Below, piece after piece: positions 11,288 to 24,251 of a stretch of DNA of 64,000 bases. Under the pieces are notes generated by a model. That model had not been told where the DNA came from, searched no databases, and saw only the letters and a list, made by a program, of their open reading frames with translations. This DNA is from Naegleria gruberi (lineage: Eukaryota): the NCBI GenBank assembly GCA_000004985.1, contig GG738911.1; one strand, written 5' to 3'. Position numbers and translations under genes: made by a program. How positions within the stretch are numbered: position 1 is the first letter of the stretch; each line of letters opens with the position of its first letter.

Positions 11288-12874
11288 TTATTTATCTGAT
11301 TGCTGATCCACATTGACAGCATCATGTTCTCCCTCCTCATCATCACTCGTATCAATATCACTTGTTGTTTCCTGAATTTGCAATGAGAATGGTAACCAAC
11401 CTCCACTCGTACTCAATATGGTGGTGTGAATTGGTGGTGGTGGATTATCCACATGTCCATCGCCGCTTCCATTCGTAACTGCTTGTTGCATATCTGTGAG
11501 TTGATTTGCAGTTTCTGTATTCGAATGTATCGATCCTCCATGAATACTTGAAGTGGTGCTCTCAGTATCACTATTGGCATCACCACCAATGGGTTGTAGG
11601 AGTTGTCTTCTACAGAATGGACAAGTGAAAGATCCAGATCTCATCCATTGACTGATGCAAGTAAGGTGGAATATGTGTCCACATTCTAATTTTCTGCAAT
11701 CTTTCAATTCTTGGTGTGAAAAGTTTTCATGACAAATGGAACACAATTCCTGATGTGTTATTTCCTCGTGGATTGGTATTGGGAAATGATCTTTGAGAAG
11801 GAGTGTAATTTTCTTGTATTCTAAAAGTCTCTTTGCTTGAATTCTGAATTCATTGAAAGAGTTGTTAATAAGGGCAAAGAGGAGAACGTCAATTACAGCA
11901 AATTGCAATCCATTATTATACCAAACATGCATATAATGAGCAATTGCAATTAAGAGCAATAGAATTTCCAATACGAATTGAGTGACATAAATAGTTTCCG
12001 TATTGAAAATCAACGTCAAAAGCTTCTTTGCGAATGAAGATGGTTTTTGTTGGTTATTATTTGAATCCTTATTGATCAGATCGAAAATTTCACAAACAAA
12101 ACCTCCATACTTGGCAAAAAGTCTTGCATTCTCCAATAATAGGGTGACATTCTCATAAATAAATAGTAAATAATATGAATAGTCATTATTATAAAATCCA
12201 ATCACATAAACTGTTGCGAATAGAATCATTGCCAAGTCCACAAAGAATATAATCGAAAGTAAAATAATCAAATCCAAATGTTTCTCCTTTTGTGGATTCA
12301 AAACATCCTCCATCATTGCACTGGTCCTCACTCTACAAATAATATTAAACGTTTTCAAAATTCCAATAATTGACAACCAAACAATCCATATAATAATCTC
12401 ATTCAAATAATTAATATTTGTAAAATGATTCAGAATATAAAACACGAATAAGGTGTTAATTGTTACATAGGGAATTAATCCATTCGAAAATGCATCCTTC
12501 TCTTTCTGAGTAATATTCCCCAAAAATCTATGCAACACATATCTGCATCCATAATAGAGAGCCAAAAAGACAGTATGCAAATGCACCAACACTCCCAACT
12601 TGTTGTGCAAAATCAAATATTCATAATAATTAAAAAACTCCTCAAATAAATAAGAAAGAAATCCCTGATCTGAATCCTTATTAGTAATTGGTGAATGTAA
12701 TCTCATATTCTCTCCTCCAAACATTTGATCGCTTATTGAAGATTCCACAGATTGTTGACTTGCCAATAATTTCTGTTCGGGCACAACCACATATCGATAA
12801 TATATAAAAACTGATACAGTTAATGTGATTGAAATTAATCTCCAACTCGGAGATGTCAGTGTTCTATGAAGCAT
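11288..12874 (-). CDS. Polytopic membrane RING-H2 E3 ubiquitin ligase (Hrd1/TRC8-like architecture).
   Basis: 528 aa. Multiple hydrophobic helices in the N-terminal two thirds. C-terminal RING-H2 'CSICHENFSHQELKDCRKLECGHIFHLTCISQWMRSGSFTCPFCR' (C3H2C3 spacing). Confidence 0.65.
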   Translation of the reverse strand: MLHRTLTSPSWRLISITLTVSVFIYYRYVVVPEQKLLASQQSVESSISDQMFGGENMRLHSPITNKDSDQGFLSYLFEEFFNYYEYLILHNKLGVLVHLHTVFLALYYGCRYVLHRFLGNITQKEKDAFSNGLIPYVTINTLFVFYILNHFTNINYLNEIIIWIVWLSIIGILKTFNIICRVRTSAMMEDVLNPQKEKHLDLIILLSIIFFVDLAMILFATVYVIGFYNNDYSYYLLFIYENVTLLLENARLFAKYGGFVCEIFDLINKDSNNNQQKPSSFAKKLLTLIFNTETIYVTQFVLEILLLLIAIAHYMHVWYNNGLQFAVIDVLLFALINNSFNEFRIQAKRLLEYKKITLLLKDHFPIPIHEEITHQELCSICHENFSHQELKDCRKLECGHIFHLTCISQWMRSGSFTCPFCRRQLLQPIGGDANSDTESTTSSIHGGSIHSNTETANQLTDMQQAVTNGSGDGHVDNPPPPIHTTILSTSGGWLPFSLQIQETTSDIDTSDDEEGEHDAVNVDQQSDK

Positions 12875-13452
12875 CTTCTATTAATCCAATAAATTTTAAT
12901 TGTTTTCTCTCCTCAAAGTGCTCCAACAGTACTACAATCCAATACAATCCAATGTACACGTATGATGCAATTTACAACTCTCTCTCGGAGTGGTATATTA
13001 TCTGGGAATATATTTGGGTTTGTTTTTTTTGATTCGGAAATTAAAAAGCAAGAGCTGCAAATCCTCACCCAAGTCAAGATGAAAGAAGAGGAAGTAATAA
13101 TTATACAACCCCTGTAAAGTTTGTTCGGATGGAAAATGTTTAATCACGCACAGAAAGTTTTGCAAGGAATCAAAATTTTGTCTGCGGACTTGATAGATCC
13201 GATGATGAATTACTTGCCCTCAAAAGTAAATATGTTGTTGTTGGTGATGCTGAACACGTGTTGCTTGCAGATTGAATGATTGATACACACGTGGCTGCAA
13301 TGGGGATTATCAAGGTATTTTTTTAGCGGAAACTTGGGAGAAACTTTGCATTTCTTTTATAATGGCTCTATTAGTCATTTTGTCTGGTGTCGTTGATCCA
13401 ACGATTATTAAGCTATTTTGAATTCATACAATGGAAGTTTGATTTCAATTTA

Positions 13453-14639
13453 TTACAACACCATGGCTTTTAGTTTATTCTCAAGACTTTGAGTCTTTAT
13501 GTTTTGATCTAATTGAGCTGATTTTTCAGTTTGAGAACGAATCTTGACGAGTTGATTTATCCAATTGTTATATTGTTGCCATTCAGATGCACTTGTTGGT
13601 GTATGTGTGCAATGCTTGGAAATGAATGGGTGTTCCAATAAATCAGAAACAGTGGCTCTTTGTTTTGGATCCTTTTGAAGGCAGAGAGCAATAAAATCAC
13701 AAACATCCTTTGAGTAGCCCATGTTTGTAGAGATGGATGGTGGTTCCTTCGTCTTGATTGTATTCAATAATTCCCAGAAAACTCCAATAGCTTCATCTTG
13801 TTCATCTCTGAATGGGAATTTACCTGTGACAGATTCCAAAACAATAATACCCAAAGCCCAGATATCACTAGCAAATGAATACTTTTTTCCTTCCAATCTT
13901 TCTGGACTGTTTACAATGTTAGAATATCAATAAAGAATTTCTAAAACTTACCTCATATAGGTAACAGTTCCAACAAATGATCCACATTCTGCACCTGTAT
14001 TATCAAGCTCAGCACTGACTCCAAAATCTGAAATCTTAAATTGTCCCTTAGTATTAAAAAGAATATTACCTGGCTTTAAATCTCTGTGTACCAAGTGACG
14101 TTCCTTGTGCAAGTACTTCAATCCCAAACATACTTGTTGTATAATTCTGGCCAAGAATTTCTCTTGAATTGGTCCTTGAACAGTCTTTATAATATCACTC
14201 AATGATCCTCCTTCCATGTACTCTAAAGCAATTTGAATATTTCCTTCCTGATAGAATGCACCGAAAAACCCAATCTTTTAGTTATTAATAATAAAATTGT
14301 TATTGAAATTCAGTATGGATGAAAACCTACCAGAAATTCTGATGAAGCGGTATACAGAGTTTGTAATTCGTTAATAATTGTCTTTCTCTTTTGATCATCA
14401 AAAACAGAAATGTATTTCAAAGCAAGGAACTGTCCCGATGCTTTATGAGAAACCAAATAAACATTGCCTGATGATCCCTTTCCGAGCATATGCAAAGTTT
14501 CCAAATCATTCAAAGACATATTCTTCCAACTCATATTAATTTTAAATTCTCCCTTAGTAAAACTACCCGATTGCGTAATATCGTAATCTCTTCTTGGAGC
14601 TTCACTCTCCGTATTCATATTCAACCTTAATCCTCGCAT
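13453..14639 (-). CDS. MAP kinase kinase (MEK/STE7 family), three exons: join(14639..14331, 14274..13952, 13906..13453) on the minus strand.
   Basis: Kinase subdomains 'LGKGSSGNVYLVSHKASGQFLALK', 'HRDLKPGNILF', 'DFGVS', 'GTVTYMSPER' (after splicing), 'SDIWALG'. Introns 14275..14330 (56 nt, GTAGGT..AAAAG) and 13907..13951 (45 nt, GTAAGT..AACAG). The spliced CDS is 1086 nt = 362 codons and restores the MEK-typical 'IGFFGAFY' and 'YMSPERLEGKKY' junctions. Confidence 0.8.
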
Positions 14640-15140
14640 TTTTTTTCTTCTTGTAAATTAATATGTGATGAATTGTTGTACAATAACTGTAGTTTTTTAA
14701 ATTCTTCAATTGGTGATGATTGTTGTTAACGTTGAAGTTAGGAGAGTTGGAAGTTCCCTCCTTTTTTATATTAAACGTATCTCTTTTTGCTATTGTATGA
14801 TAATATTTGTTGTGACGATTTATTGGTAACGGATTGAACTTTTAAAGTAATGAGATTCATTGTATTGTTCATCTTAATGCCAATTGATGGTGATATTAGA
14901 AGTGAAGGTGAGGAAATACAATTGATTCTTTACTTCCTTGTTAATCAATGTTGAAGCCATAACTCAATAGTTGGTCCAAAAATAATGATTATTTGTTTTT
15001 TCCTTCTTTTATCTAATTTTCATCTTTGGAATCTCCTTATCCACACTAATAACTTCTTCTTATCAGCCCCTCATCAACAAAACCAACTTCATATCATCAC
15101 ATCAATTAATTTATAAATAATTAATATATAATATAAAAAA
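14640..15140. promoter_or_regulatory. Divergent intergenic/promoter region between the MEK gene (minus) and the GDP-fucose synthase gene (plus).
   Basis: Start codons at 14639 (minus) and 15141 (plus); a 501-bp ORF-free AT-rich interval. Confidence 0.35.
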
Positions 15141-16156
15141 ATGAGTACACCGTCATCTACTATCAGCGAATTACTTGCTCAACCTCTCGTTCTCACCGAT
15201 CAGGATGTTGTTTTAGTAACAGGAGGAACCGGTCTCTTTGGTAAAGCCGTTGACCATGTTGTTAAACAAGATAATTTGCCAGGAAGTTGGGTTTCTTGGG
15301 ATCAAAGGATGGTGATTTACGTGATTTGAGTGCTTGTAAAGCACTTTTTGAAAAGTACAAACCAACCTATGTTTTACATTTGGCTGCTTTTGTCGGAGGT
15401 CTTTTCAAGAATATGAATTTTAAAGTCAGTTTCTGGCTCGACAATGTGAATATGAATAATAATATTCTCTCATGTTGTTATGAATATGGAGTTAAAAAGA
15501 CCATCTCATGTTTATCTACTTGTGTCTTTCCAGACAAGATTGAATATCCAATTACTGAAGATAAACTCCATGAAGGTCCACCACACTTTTCCAATAATGC
15601 CTATGCCTATGCCAAGAGAATGTTGGACATGTTGAGTGTTTGGTATAATGAACAAGCTGTTCGTGAAGGAAAGGAAAGCAGATTCTCAAGTGTTATCCCA
15701 ACCAATCTCTATGGACCACACGATAATTTCAATGTTGAAAATGGTCACGTTTTGCCAGGTTTAATGCACAAGTGTTACAAGGCCCAAAAGGAAGGTTCCG
15801 ATTTTATTGTTTATGGTTCTGGTAAGCCATTGAGACAATTCTTATTTTCACATGATGCTGCTCGTATGTTATTGTGGACCATGTTGAATTATCAATCACA
15901 AGAACCAATCATGTTGTGTGTGAGTGAGGAAGATGAAAAGAGTATTGGACAAGTTGCTCAAAGTATCAAGGATGCTTTCAATTTTTCTGGAAATATGATT
16001 TTCGATACATCAAAGGCTGATGGTCAATTTAAGAAGACTGCCAGTAATGCCAAGATGTTACGTTTGAATCCAACCTTTAAATACACTCCATTTGATGAAG
16101 CCATCAAGACAACTGTACAATGGTTCTTGGATAATTATGAAACTGCTAGAAAATAA
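15141..16156 (+). CDS. GDP-L-fucose synthase (GDP-4-keto-6-deoxy-D-mannose 3,5-epimerase/4-reductase; FX/TSTA3/GER1 family), with an apparent 1-nt frameshift near 15292-15294.
   Basis: Near-collinear with human FX: 'VLVTGGTGLFGKAV', 'YVLHLAAFVGGLFKN', 'SCLSTCVFPDKIEYPITE', 'NNAYAYAKRMLD', 'VIPTNLYGPHDNFNVENGHVLPGLMHK', 'SKADGQFKKTASNAKM', 'FTPFDEAIKTTVQWFLDNYETARK'. Two overlapping track ORFs (15141..15329 and 15287..16156) switch frame inside a TTT run exactly where the alignment (…PG-SWV|FLGSKDGDL…) continues. Confidence 0.8.
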
Positions 16157-16343
16157 AGAGTTCAGTAAATTTTGAATCATTCACAAGATAACAAGCAAGT
16201 GGCAATGAATCAGAAAATGAAAGAAGTGAAATGTTTGCGCCATCGAAACATCACATGTCATCCACTCATCAAATAAAAAAAAATCATCACCTAGGTTAAA
16301 GAAGTGATACACTTACACAACATCATCATCACAAACAACAACA

Positions 16344-19300
16344 ATGAAGGAAAGAATAATATCAAGACTTCACTTGGAACAATTCATCCAAGACGAAGTT
16401 TTATTCTATTCGATAGTTTTATTCGAAAAACAAGTTTATTATATTTGTGTCTGTGCTCACTTCATCTATTTATTTAAAGAATCCTTCACTAATTTACCAA
16501 TTCCAATTCTATTAGAACAAATTGAATGTATTGAAGTCTACACAGACCATGTATCCAAGTTTAGTATAGTAATTTCTGATAAAAATCAACTAAATCAAAA
16601 AGAAAAGACACTTCAACATTTAGTTTTAGAAGCCTCCAACAGGACACAACTCATCAAGGAATTACAAATTCACTACAAAACCAACAAGGTCCTAAAAAAG
16701 TGGCACTTTGATGGTCAATCAAATTATGACTTGAAAATTGTAAACAAAACTCTCATTCCGAAAAGCAATACTTCAAATATGGAAGTTGGAGAGGGTATTA
16801 TTAATAATCCATTTCAAAGTTTAAAACTCGACCGTTCTCACATTATTAATTTACAATCAAAAATTTTGAAAAAGTTTCCACTCACAGAAAAGAAGGCACG
16901 TGTTGAAAAATTATTTAATGGATATTGGTTTATTATAAATGATAATAATCTGGTGAGAAAACCAATTCCTTCATTGGGTGAATATAAGAGTAAACCCTAT
17001 TATGAAGTTGTTTATGAAAAGAAAAAAGAGGATCAAACTCTATTGGCTGATAAATTGGTTGTAAAGATTATTCCAATAAGAAATTCAAATGCTCCTAGAA
17101 CAAATATTAGAACTTTTGCACAAAAGATGATTTCCAATAACATGCTATCATCATGTTCAGATTTTGACATTATTCAGGATGAAGAATTTGCAAAGGAACG
17201 TTCCATTTACAAGTTTGATAAGACCATTACAGAGGCCTATCAAATCAAATCAAAATATTATTACTTCCCTAATGTATTTTCCAATAACAGCAAGAAACAA
17301 AAGAATAATTCAGTACCTGAAAATGGATTGACCTATTTGGAAAAAATTGAATTGCTTTCATTGAGTGATCCAAATGCATCAATTATTCCACATTATAGAA
17401 TCAAGCATGTCATTGTTTGTAGAAGGAGATTTATTCCTCCATATGCCACTCACTATCAAGATATTGTTTTTGAATATGACTATGCTGAACAGGATACACA
17501 AGAAAAGAATGAGATGCAAACAGAATTTTTGAATTTGTGTGCACAATCATTGAATCCTCTCCCTCAATGTTTCTTGTATGATCAATTGACTATTAGAACC
17601 AAGTTGGAGTCATTATCTTGTGATGAAGATTTTTATTATTGGGTAAATTTAAAGTTTGGATTGAAACCTGAATTATATCCTCTCAAGTGGAGTCAGGAAG
17701 TTACAGAGGAAACTCGTGTCGAGTCATTTGTTAAATCAGTTTCCAATATTATTGATATCATTGTCAATTCGGCTGAACATCAAGTTTCTGATCCATTTGC
17801 TATTGAACATGATATTGTCTATAATGTTGACAGTCCTGATACTGTAAAAACTCCATCCATTCAACATATCATTCAATGGAGAACAAAAGTTTCATTCTAT
17901 TTGGGTTATTATATTGATGAGGTTGAAACTTCCAGTTTTGAAAAGATTATCAAATCACTTCTCATTCTCAAACAAAAAGGTGAAATTTCCGATAAGAAGC
18001 TTCTCCAATATAGACGTACACTCATTCTCATTTTGGATTACTTCCTTCATTTGAGAATTGTCAATAGAGAATATGATTTTGAAAAGACAATTGATGAGAA
18101 AATTGAGGAAATTGAGCAAAAAACTGATGAAATGCACTATAGCTACTTTGATATGAATCAAATGAACTTGGCTGTTCAAAATCAAATGAATGCCACATCC
18201 GCATCCGGCTCCTCAAATCCTGGTGGTTTGACTCAATTCAATGATGATGTACTCTATGATGAAACTGTGGAAAAACATGTTCAACAACTCAAGAATAACC
18301 AACTTTCCAAACAATTACAATTGATCATGTACAGACAAATGTTGATTGGTGGAAAGAATCATTTGGAAAATGGAGGAAGTGCCTCCTCAATGGCTTCCAA
18401 TCACACCAGTAGAACTGTATGCAACATGAATGCAAACATCTTCCTCAAATTGATGAAGTTGAATTATTTCATTGGTGTTTTGGGCATGACCCCTCTCTCG
18501 TAAGTATTTTTAACCCGTTTGAATGTTACTAATAATTTCCAGATTTGTAAAATTACTCTCAAATGCTATCCACATTAGCTCCATGTATCATTATGAGACC
18601 ATTTATGAAATTTGTTATGAAATTTCACAATGGTTGAACAAATGCAGTCAAACATCAAAGGTTTCTGCTACATCCACATCTGCTTCATCTACTAACAATG
18701 ATGATACTGACTCTACATGCAGCACAGATGAAGACACTCCAGAGTCGAGAGGTGTTTTAATCCAAATTAGAGATACATTATGTTCCTACACTCCATTCCT
18801 TCACAGTTTATGTTCCTTGCTCCAATATGATGATGATGGATTATTGGCCATTGTTGCCAACATTTTGGAAAAATTGACATACTTTTCAGAGAATGTTAGA
18901 AAGTGGTTTACATCCAATGATTATTTGCAATTCCTTGTTGATCATATTGAAGCATTCAACTCTAGAACACAACCAAACTTGGCCTCTTCATTCTTGAGAA
19001 TATTGAGAAATTGTTGCAATACTACTGATAAGAGATCAGTCATAACTAAGGATGGTGAAATTGTTCCACTAGTTGTTAGACACATCCTTCCAAACATACT
19101 CACATCTCTAGTGGCTGAATCTATTTCACTCTCTCAACATACAGATGAGCATGTCAAGCTTCCATTCGAGAGTCCACATCGTGAAGATTTGTTAAAATCA
19201 GCATTGGATGCATTATTAATTATTGTTCAATCATCATCAGATAATGAAATTGGAGGTGAAGATGAAGATGAGTTGATGAGTGAATTGATTGTGAATGAAA

Positions 19301-20100
19301 CATCCATCCATACATTAATAGAATTATTGGGACATGTTGTACGTCGCATGATGAGTCAACAAAACACCAACATGCATGTGAAAATCCCATCTTATTTCAC
19401 AACATTATTGAGCATTCTCCTATCCCTCTCATCACATGAGTACTTTAGAGGAGTGGCCATCTCTATAGTATTGAGCACATCAAGTGGAAGTGTGATTAGA
19501 GGTCTCTCTCGAGGAATTGCCAATAGCCACACATTAATTACTCTCCTTGTTCAAATTGTGAATATTGTCCAGCCAATGATTGGACATTCACCACTCAGCA
19601 TTACTAATGGATCACATACTCCTCTAAGATTGAGAAGAGATGCCCTTACCAGCACTCCAACCACTCCACATGCATCTGGTTCTCCAACCACACCAAATAA
19701 TGGTACAACAAATTCCCATACTACAACCACTCCTCTAAATGGCAACATTCAAGCAAATGAAAACATGGTACAGATTAGGTTCATCCTAACACTCGTACTC
19801 AGTACATTACTCATGCTGTCATCCAATTCAAAGGCACTTCAAGAGATGAAGGAGAACATGTTGGAATTGCTCATCAAGGAAGTGGAAGGTAAAACATCTC
19901 AACTCATTTTACCAAATGAAAGTGAAGACAACTTGACCAGTACTCCATCTACCTCTCATAACATCAAGGTCATTACATCAGTATTGAGTCATCTTCAGAA
20001 CAGATTAAAGAGTGGACCAGCTGGTGGTCGTAGTCAAACCATGCCACCTTCATCTCCATCCAATACCATGAACTCATTCCTCAGAAGAAAACTCCTCTAA
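16344..20100 (+). CDS. Large conserved-looking protein of unknown function (about 1237 aa), two exons: join(16344..18499, 18543..20100).
   Basis: Two long track ORFs separated by a canonical 43-nt intron (18500..18542, GTAAGT…TACTAAT…CAG) whose removal keeps the frame (…GMTPL-S-FVKLLSNAIHISS…). The C-terminal half is Ser/Thr-rich; the N-terminal half is globular. No family recognised. Confidence 0.6.
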
Positions 20101-21093
20101 GCTACTACTAGTCTTCTCCGCCACCATTAACATACACATGTGTAAGGATGTGTATGTAGGAATGAATGTCTTGAATTCACACATTTATGAATGTAAATGT
20201 GCTCATGTGGATTTTTTTGGTGTGTGTGTTAAAAAATTATTTTGAATCAAGACCAGACCTGATGGTGGTGAGTTGGTGAACTAGGCAGTTTATGCGAAGG
20301 GTCACAAGTAAATAAAATCCTTATTAGTGTCAATTACGATCCGAATTCAAAGTCCTTATTTGAATTCCACATAAGGCTTGAATCCGCTTTAATAGTCCAC
20401 CGATTAAGGAAAATAAATAACCATGCTTATTGCTGAATGAGCAAAATTGATTGAAGGTTGGCAAGATGCAACAATATTTGAAGGTGTGAAAGACCAAAAG
20501 AGAATGTTCATTATTGCTTTCAGGATCTACTCGTAAATTTCACAATGTTAAAGAGCTTGATGAACCCTATTTCTAGGTTGTATTGTAGTATACAATATGC
20601 CTGTATCATTCAATTGGGGCTTATAGTATTCATTACAAACAACAAAGCCTGTGGAGTCAACCAATCTGCAGAATTTGTTAAGAAATAACAATCTTGAAGA
20701 TGAATGAAAATTGAAGAAATTGGATGGAAGTATTGAAAAACAAATTGTGCTCTTGCTATTTCTGCGAAAAGAAGGAATTGTCTATCCAGATTCAAATTTT
20801 GACTTTGTTTTCTCTTGTTTCTATTTCTAATTCTCTGCCCGACCTTCCTTCTCGAAAGCGCCAAGATTCCAATTGACCATTTTATGATTGAAACAAACAT
20901 ATGGAATGGAATGTTCCTACCCAATTAGTATCCCATCAACTCAAAATTCTCTTCCATTTCCCATCAAAACTTGTCGTTATTATGTATATTAAAGAATCAT
21001 TGTCATCCTCTCTCTTTTAAAGTTTTCGGCACCACAATTTTTTTCAGATTTAAAAAAAATACGAAAAACTCAAAATTTGTTGTGGATGGAAAA

Positions 21094-22820
21094 ATGTTCA
21101 ACGATAACAATAACAATCATTTGGAGTCGTCATCGTTTGAGGCTGCTGCTGTAGAGTTTTCTCCTAGTCTAGGATTTCCACCCTCTCTGTTGTCATTACT
21201 CTCATCATCGATGAGTAATCCGATGGCTGAGGAGGATGTTTTGCAATTATTTGCCCAATCAGAGGATGTTACTTCAGAGACAACATCTTCGGAGGAAAAT
21301 TTTGGACAAAGCTATGAAGAAAAACCAGAGGAAAAGGATGAGGATTTACATCCAATTGCCTGTATAAGATGTAGAAAGATGCATAAATTTTGTAGTATGT
21401 ATTTTGCATCTATTAATCATCTTTAACATGTTATGATGTTAATCATCTTACTAATTCTGATATTTAATTATTAGGCCGTCACAAAACTGGTTGTGAAAGA
21501 TGTAAAGCCAAAGGAATTGTTTGTGAATTTAGAGAATCAAAGAGAGTGAGAGGTTCTTCTGATAATTTGGAAGATAAAAAGAGAAAGAAACCTAATTCAC
21601 CATCTGAAACAGAATCTGGACAAAGTGATGAGTCTGAACTCTTTGTTGCACCAGATGCCTCATTAACAAAATCATTTCCAAAGCACTTTTCAAAACCATT
21701 AGCTATCAATTGTTATTATTGGATGATTTGTGACATTAATGTTATTGTGGAAAAGAAGGAAATGGAAAAGTACATTCTTCACAACTTTGGAACTGATACT
21801 ATCACCAAGAAGGAAATGGAAGCATTCTTCTATAGTGCCAAAGCTCTAGTGGAACAATTTGTTGGATTGTGTGATATTGCTGAAGAGTCTGCTCAAAAAT
21901 CAAAGAAAAAGTTGGCTCTTCTCATTGACCAAGAACCAACTCACCTCATTGCTAGTACCTACTATAATCTGGCACTTTATGAGATTGGAACTGGAAGGAA
22001 AATATCTAGTTATTATCTTCATTGTGCCAAGTTTAGATATATGAATAAGACAGCATTGGAAGTTTCGAATATGAATGATTGTGAAATCATGTTACAAAGG
22101 TCTATTGGATTCCTTGAGCATTTGGTTATTGATGAGCAGGATGTCACTCAGATGACTAAGAGTTTCCCAGCATTATTTCAACATGCTTCTGGTCAATCTC
22201 TACCTGATTCTATTGCCCTTTCACTACAAGAGGAGGTGACACAAGAAAATTGTTTCAATTTCATCAAGTTAGGAGAAGAAATGGCAAAACTAATCATTAC
22301 CTCCACCAAGAATAGAGCTTGCAAACAAAAGACTGAAAAACAAATGGTAACCTACGACAAGGCACTGAACTTTTTACAAAATATCTTCTGTTATGGAGTT
22401 CGTATCGGTATTCTTGTAAAGGCAAGATGCAATATCAACATGATTGAAGAATCGAGTCTCAAAATTACCTACCTCACTATGAATGAGTTCTTTGGAGTTG
22501 CCTCTGTATTCATGATTCCATTCTTTGCTTTGGCAGCAAGAGTTCACTTGCAAATAGTGAAATCCATAGAGGATGGTACGAGAAATAATTTTGAAATGGG
22601 TATTGGACCAGATGACAAGCCTGTTCAAATTGATTACTATGACATTTTAGCAAAGGATTACAGAGCATTGAATGTGTTGGGACGTAGATTTAAAAGAATT
22701 CAAGTTTGTAACCAAAAACTCCTCTCTACCATTGCAGAAATTCTCAACAATAGAAACAAGAATGATGCCAATGTTTCCAATCATTTACAGGAATTTTTAG
22801 ACTCAACTGTGTGGAAATAA
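21094..22820 (+). CDS. Zn(II)2Cys6 binuclear-cluster (GAL4-type) transcription-factor-like protein, two exons: join(21094..21394, 21475..22820).
   Basis: 'CIRCRKMHKFC-S-RHKTGCERCKAKGIVC' gives C-x2-C-x6-C-x6-C-x2-C-x6-C once the 80-nt intron 21395..21474 (GTATGT…TACTAAT…TAG, phase 1) is removed. The upstream part of the track ORF starts at TTG (20971); the first ATG is at 21094. Confidence 0.6.
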
Positions 22821-24251
22821 TATATGAGCATTCATAGAGGAAGAGTAATTGGATCAATAATGATCAATAGTTCATAGCAAGATAGTATCATTGAACACGC
22901 ACACAGTGTTATTATTATAACACACCAGACTGAGTCTTAATAAACGTACCTTAATGTGAGCTTGAAATTACGACATTCCTTTACTCGAATTGGATAGGAC
23001 CTTTCCTGATATGATAAAAATTTTTATCTCTTGGACCTAGGCCTTAATAAGTACCCATAATCTATTCGCAGATTTTCTATTAACTGGGTCAGTTAGAATG
23101 CAACAATCATCAAGATGTATTTTTCTTCTCCTTAATAGGTAAATCAACGAGGAATCTTCTTCCTCAATCAGCAACCAAAATTATCAAAAACAAACAAGAC
23201 ACTCTTTTAACATTCAATCCAACAATCATTCCTCATAGTTTTCTAGTTTCTTTCTTATTATGAAGCGTATTAAACCGCATTAATATGTTAAATTCCAAAG
23301 CTCTAATAAGGTATTGCAAAGCTCCACTTGTTTACTTCCATACCAGTAAGGAATGAGCTAAATTGCAGACCTTAAACAACGAGCAATTGATCAACTCAAT
23401 GAGTGCGTGGGCGATACCATAAATCTTCTAAATAAGCAAAAGCTGTAAAGAACCGTAGCTTCTTTCTCTTAATTCAGAATCCTGTTGCTTTACATATCAG
23501 GCTTTGACAGATTGTGATGGTTGATACCTTACATTCAACACAAACAACAAGGCACAAACAATTCATATTGTTGTGTATTATTGGTAAACATAGTATGGGC
23601 CACAACACCTATCCAGGACAATTTGAAAAAAACACCCAAGACTAATAGATAAAAGCATCATCTTCATCATTGAGGAGGAGTAATTCATTTCCCTGCTGTG
23701 CGTCATATCAAAATTCATCAAAGAAGTTTGTGCTACTCAAGTGTGAAAAGCAGTTCTTGCCCAATTGAGACTCTATCATCAAATATCTACCCCAAAATTT
23801 AAAAAGCATTCTAGAGGTATCACTAGCCTTATTCATATAATTAATAGCTTCAATTGGTCCACCATTTAAGCGATATTGGCTTGTCTCATTCCTATATGAT
23901 TGTGTGCCTCTTCTCAATTACTACAACTTCAGATCACCATCAACATCATCATTCAATATAATTACAAGTCTTTACTGTAGTACAGTACACGCACACACAA
24001 GTTCTTGTTTCTATTCAAAATTTGCTTTCTCTTCCAAATCAACCCAACCTTACCAACAACAACAAGAGCAAAACTGTCTTGAGAGAAATTAATTGATAAT
24101 TCCCTTGCTGAAAAAAATATCCCCTCATCCTCCTCACTCTCCCAATCCAACGAAAAAAATTGTTGGGCGCCAAAATTTGAAAGCCTTTTCATTCATATTT
24201 GACCAACAAACGGCAAGTCTACAATTTCCATATTTATAATCAAATCCATAA

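Noticed and set aside
15287-15289. Track-called 'M' start codons at TTG/GTG. Examples: 15287, 9119, 11220, 13896, 41595, 51178, 58271, 59443, 60567, 20971.
   Set aside because: The ORF finder accepts alternative initiators. In each case the 'M' is an internal Leu or Val of a spliced or longer gene, or a true ATG lies downstream. These are not treated as real starts.
20610-20924. 104-aa minus-strand ORF in the spacer between the 1237-aa gene and the Zn2Cys6 gene.
   Set aside because: No ATG context, no motifs and an unusual composition region. More likely UTR or non-coding.
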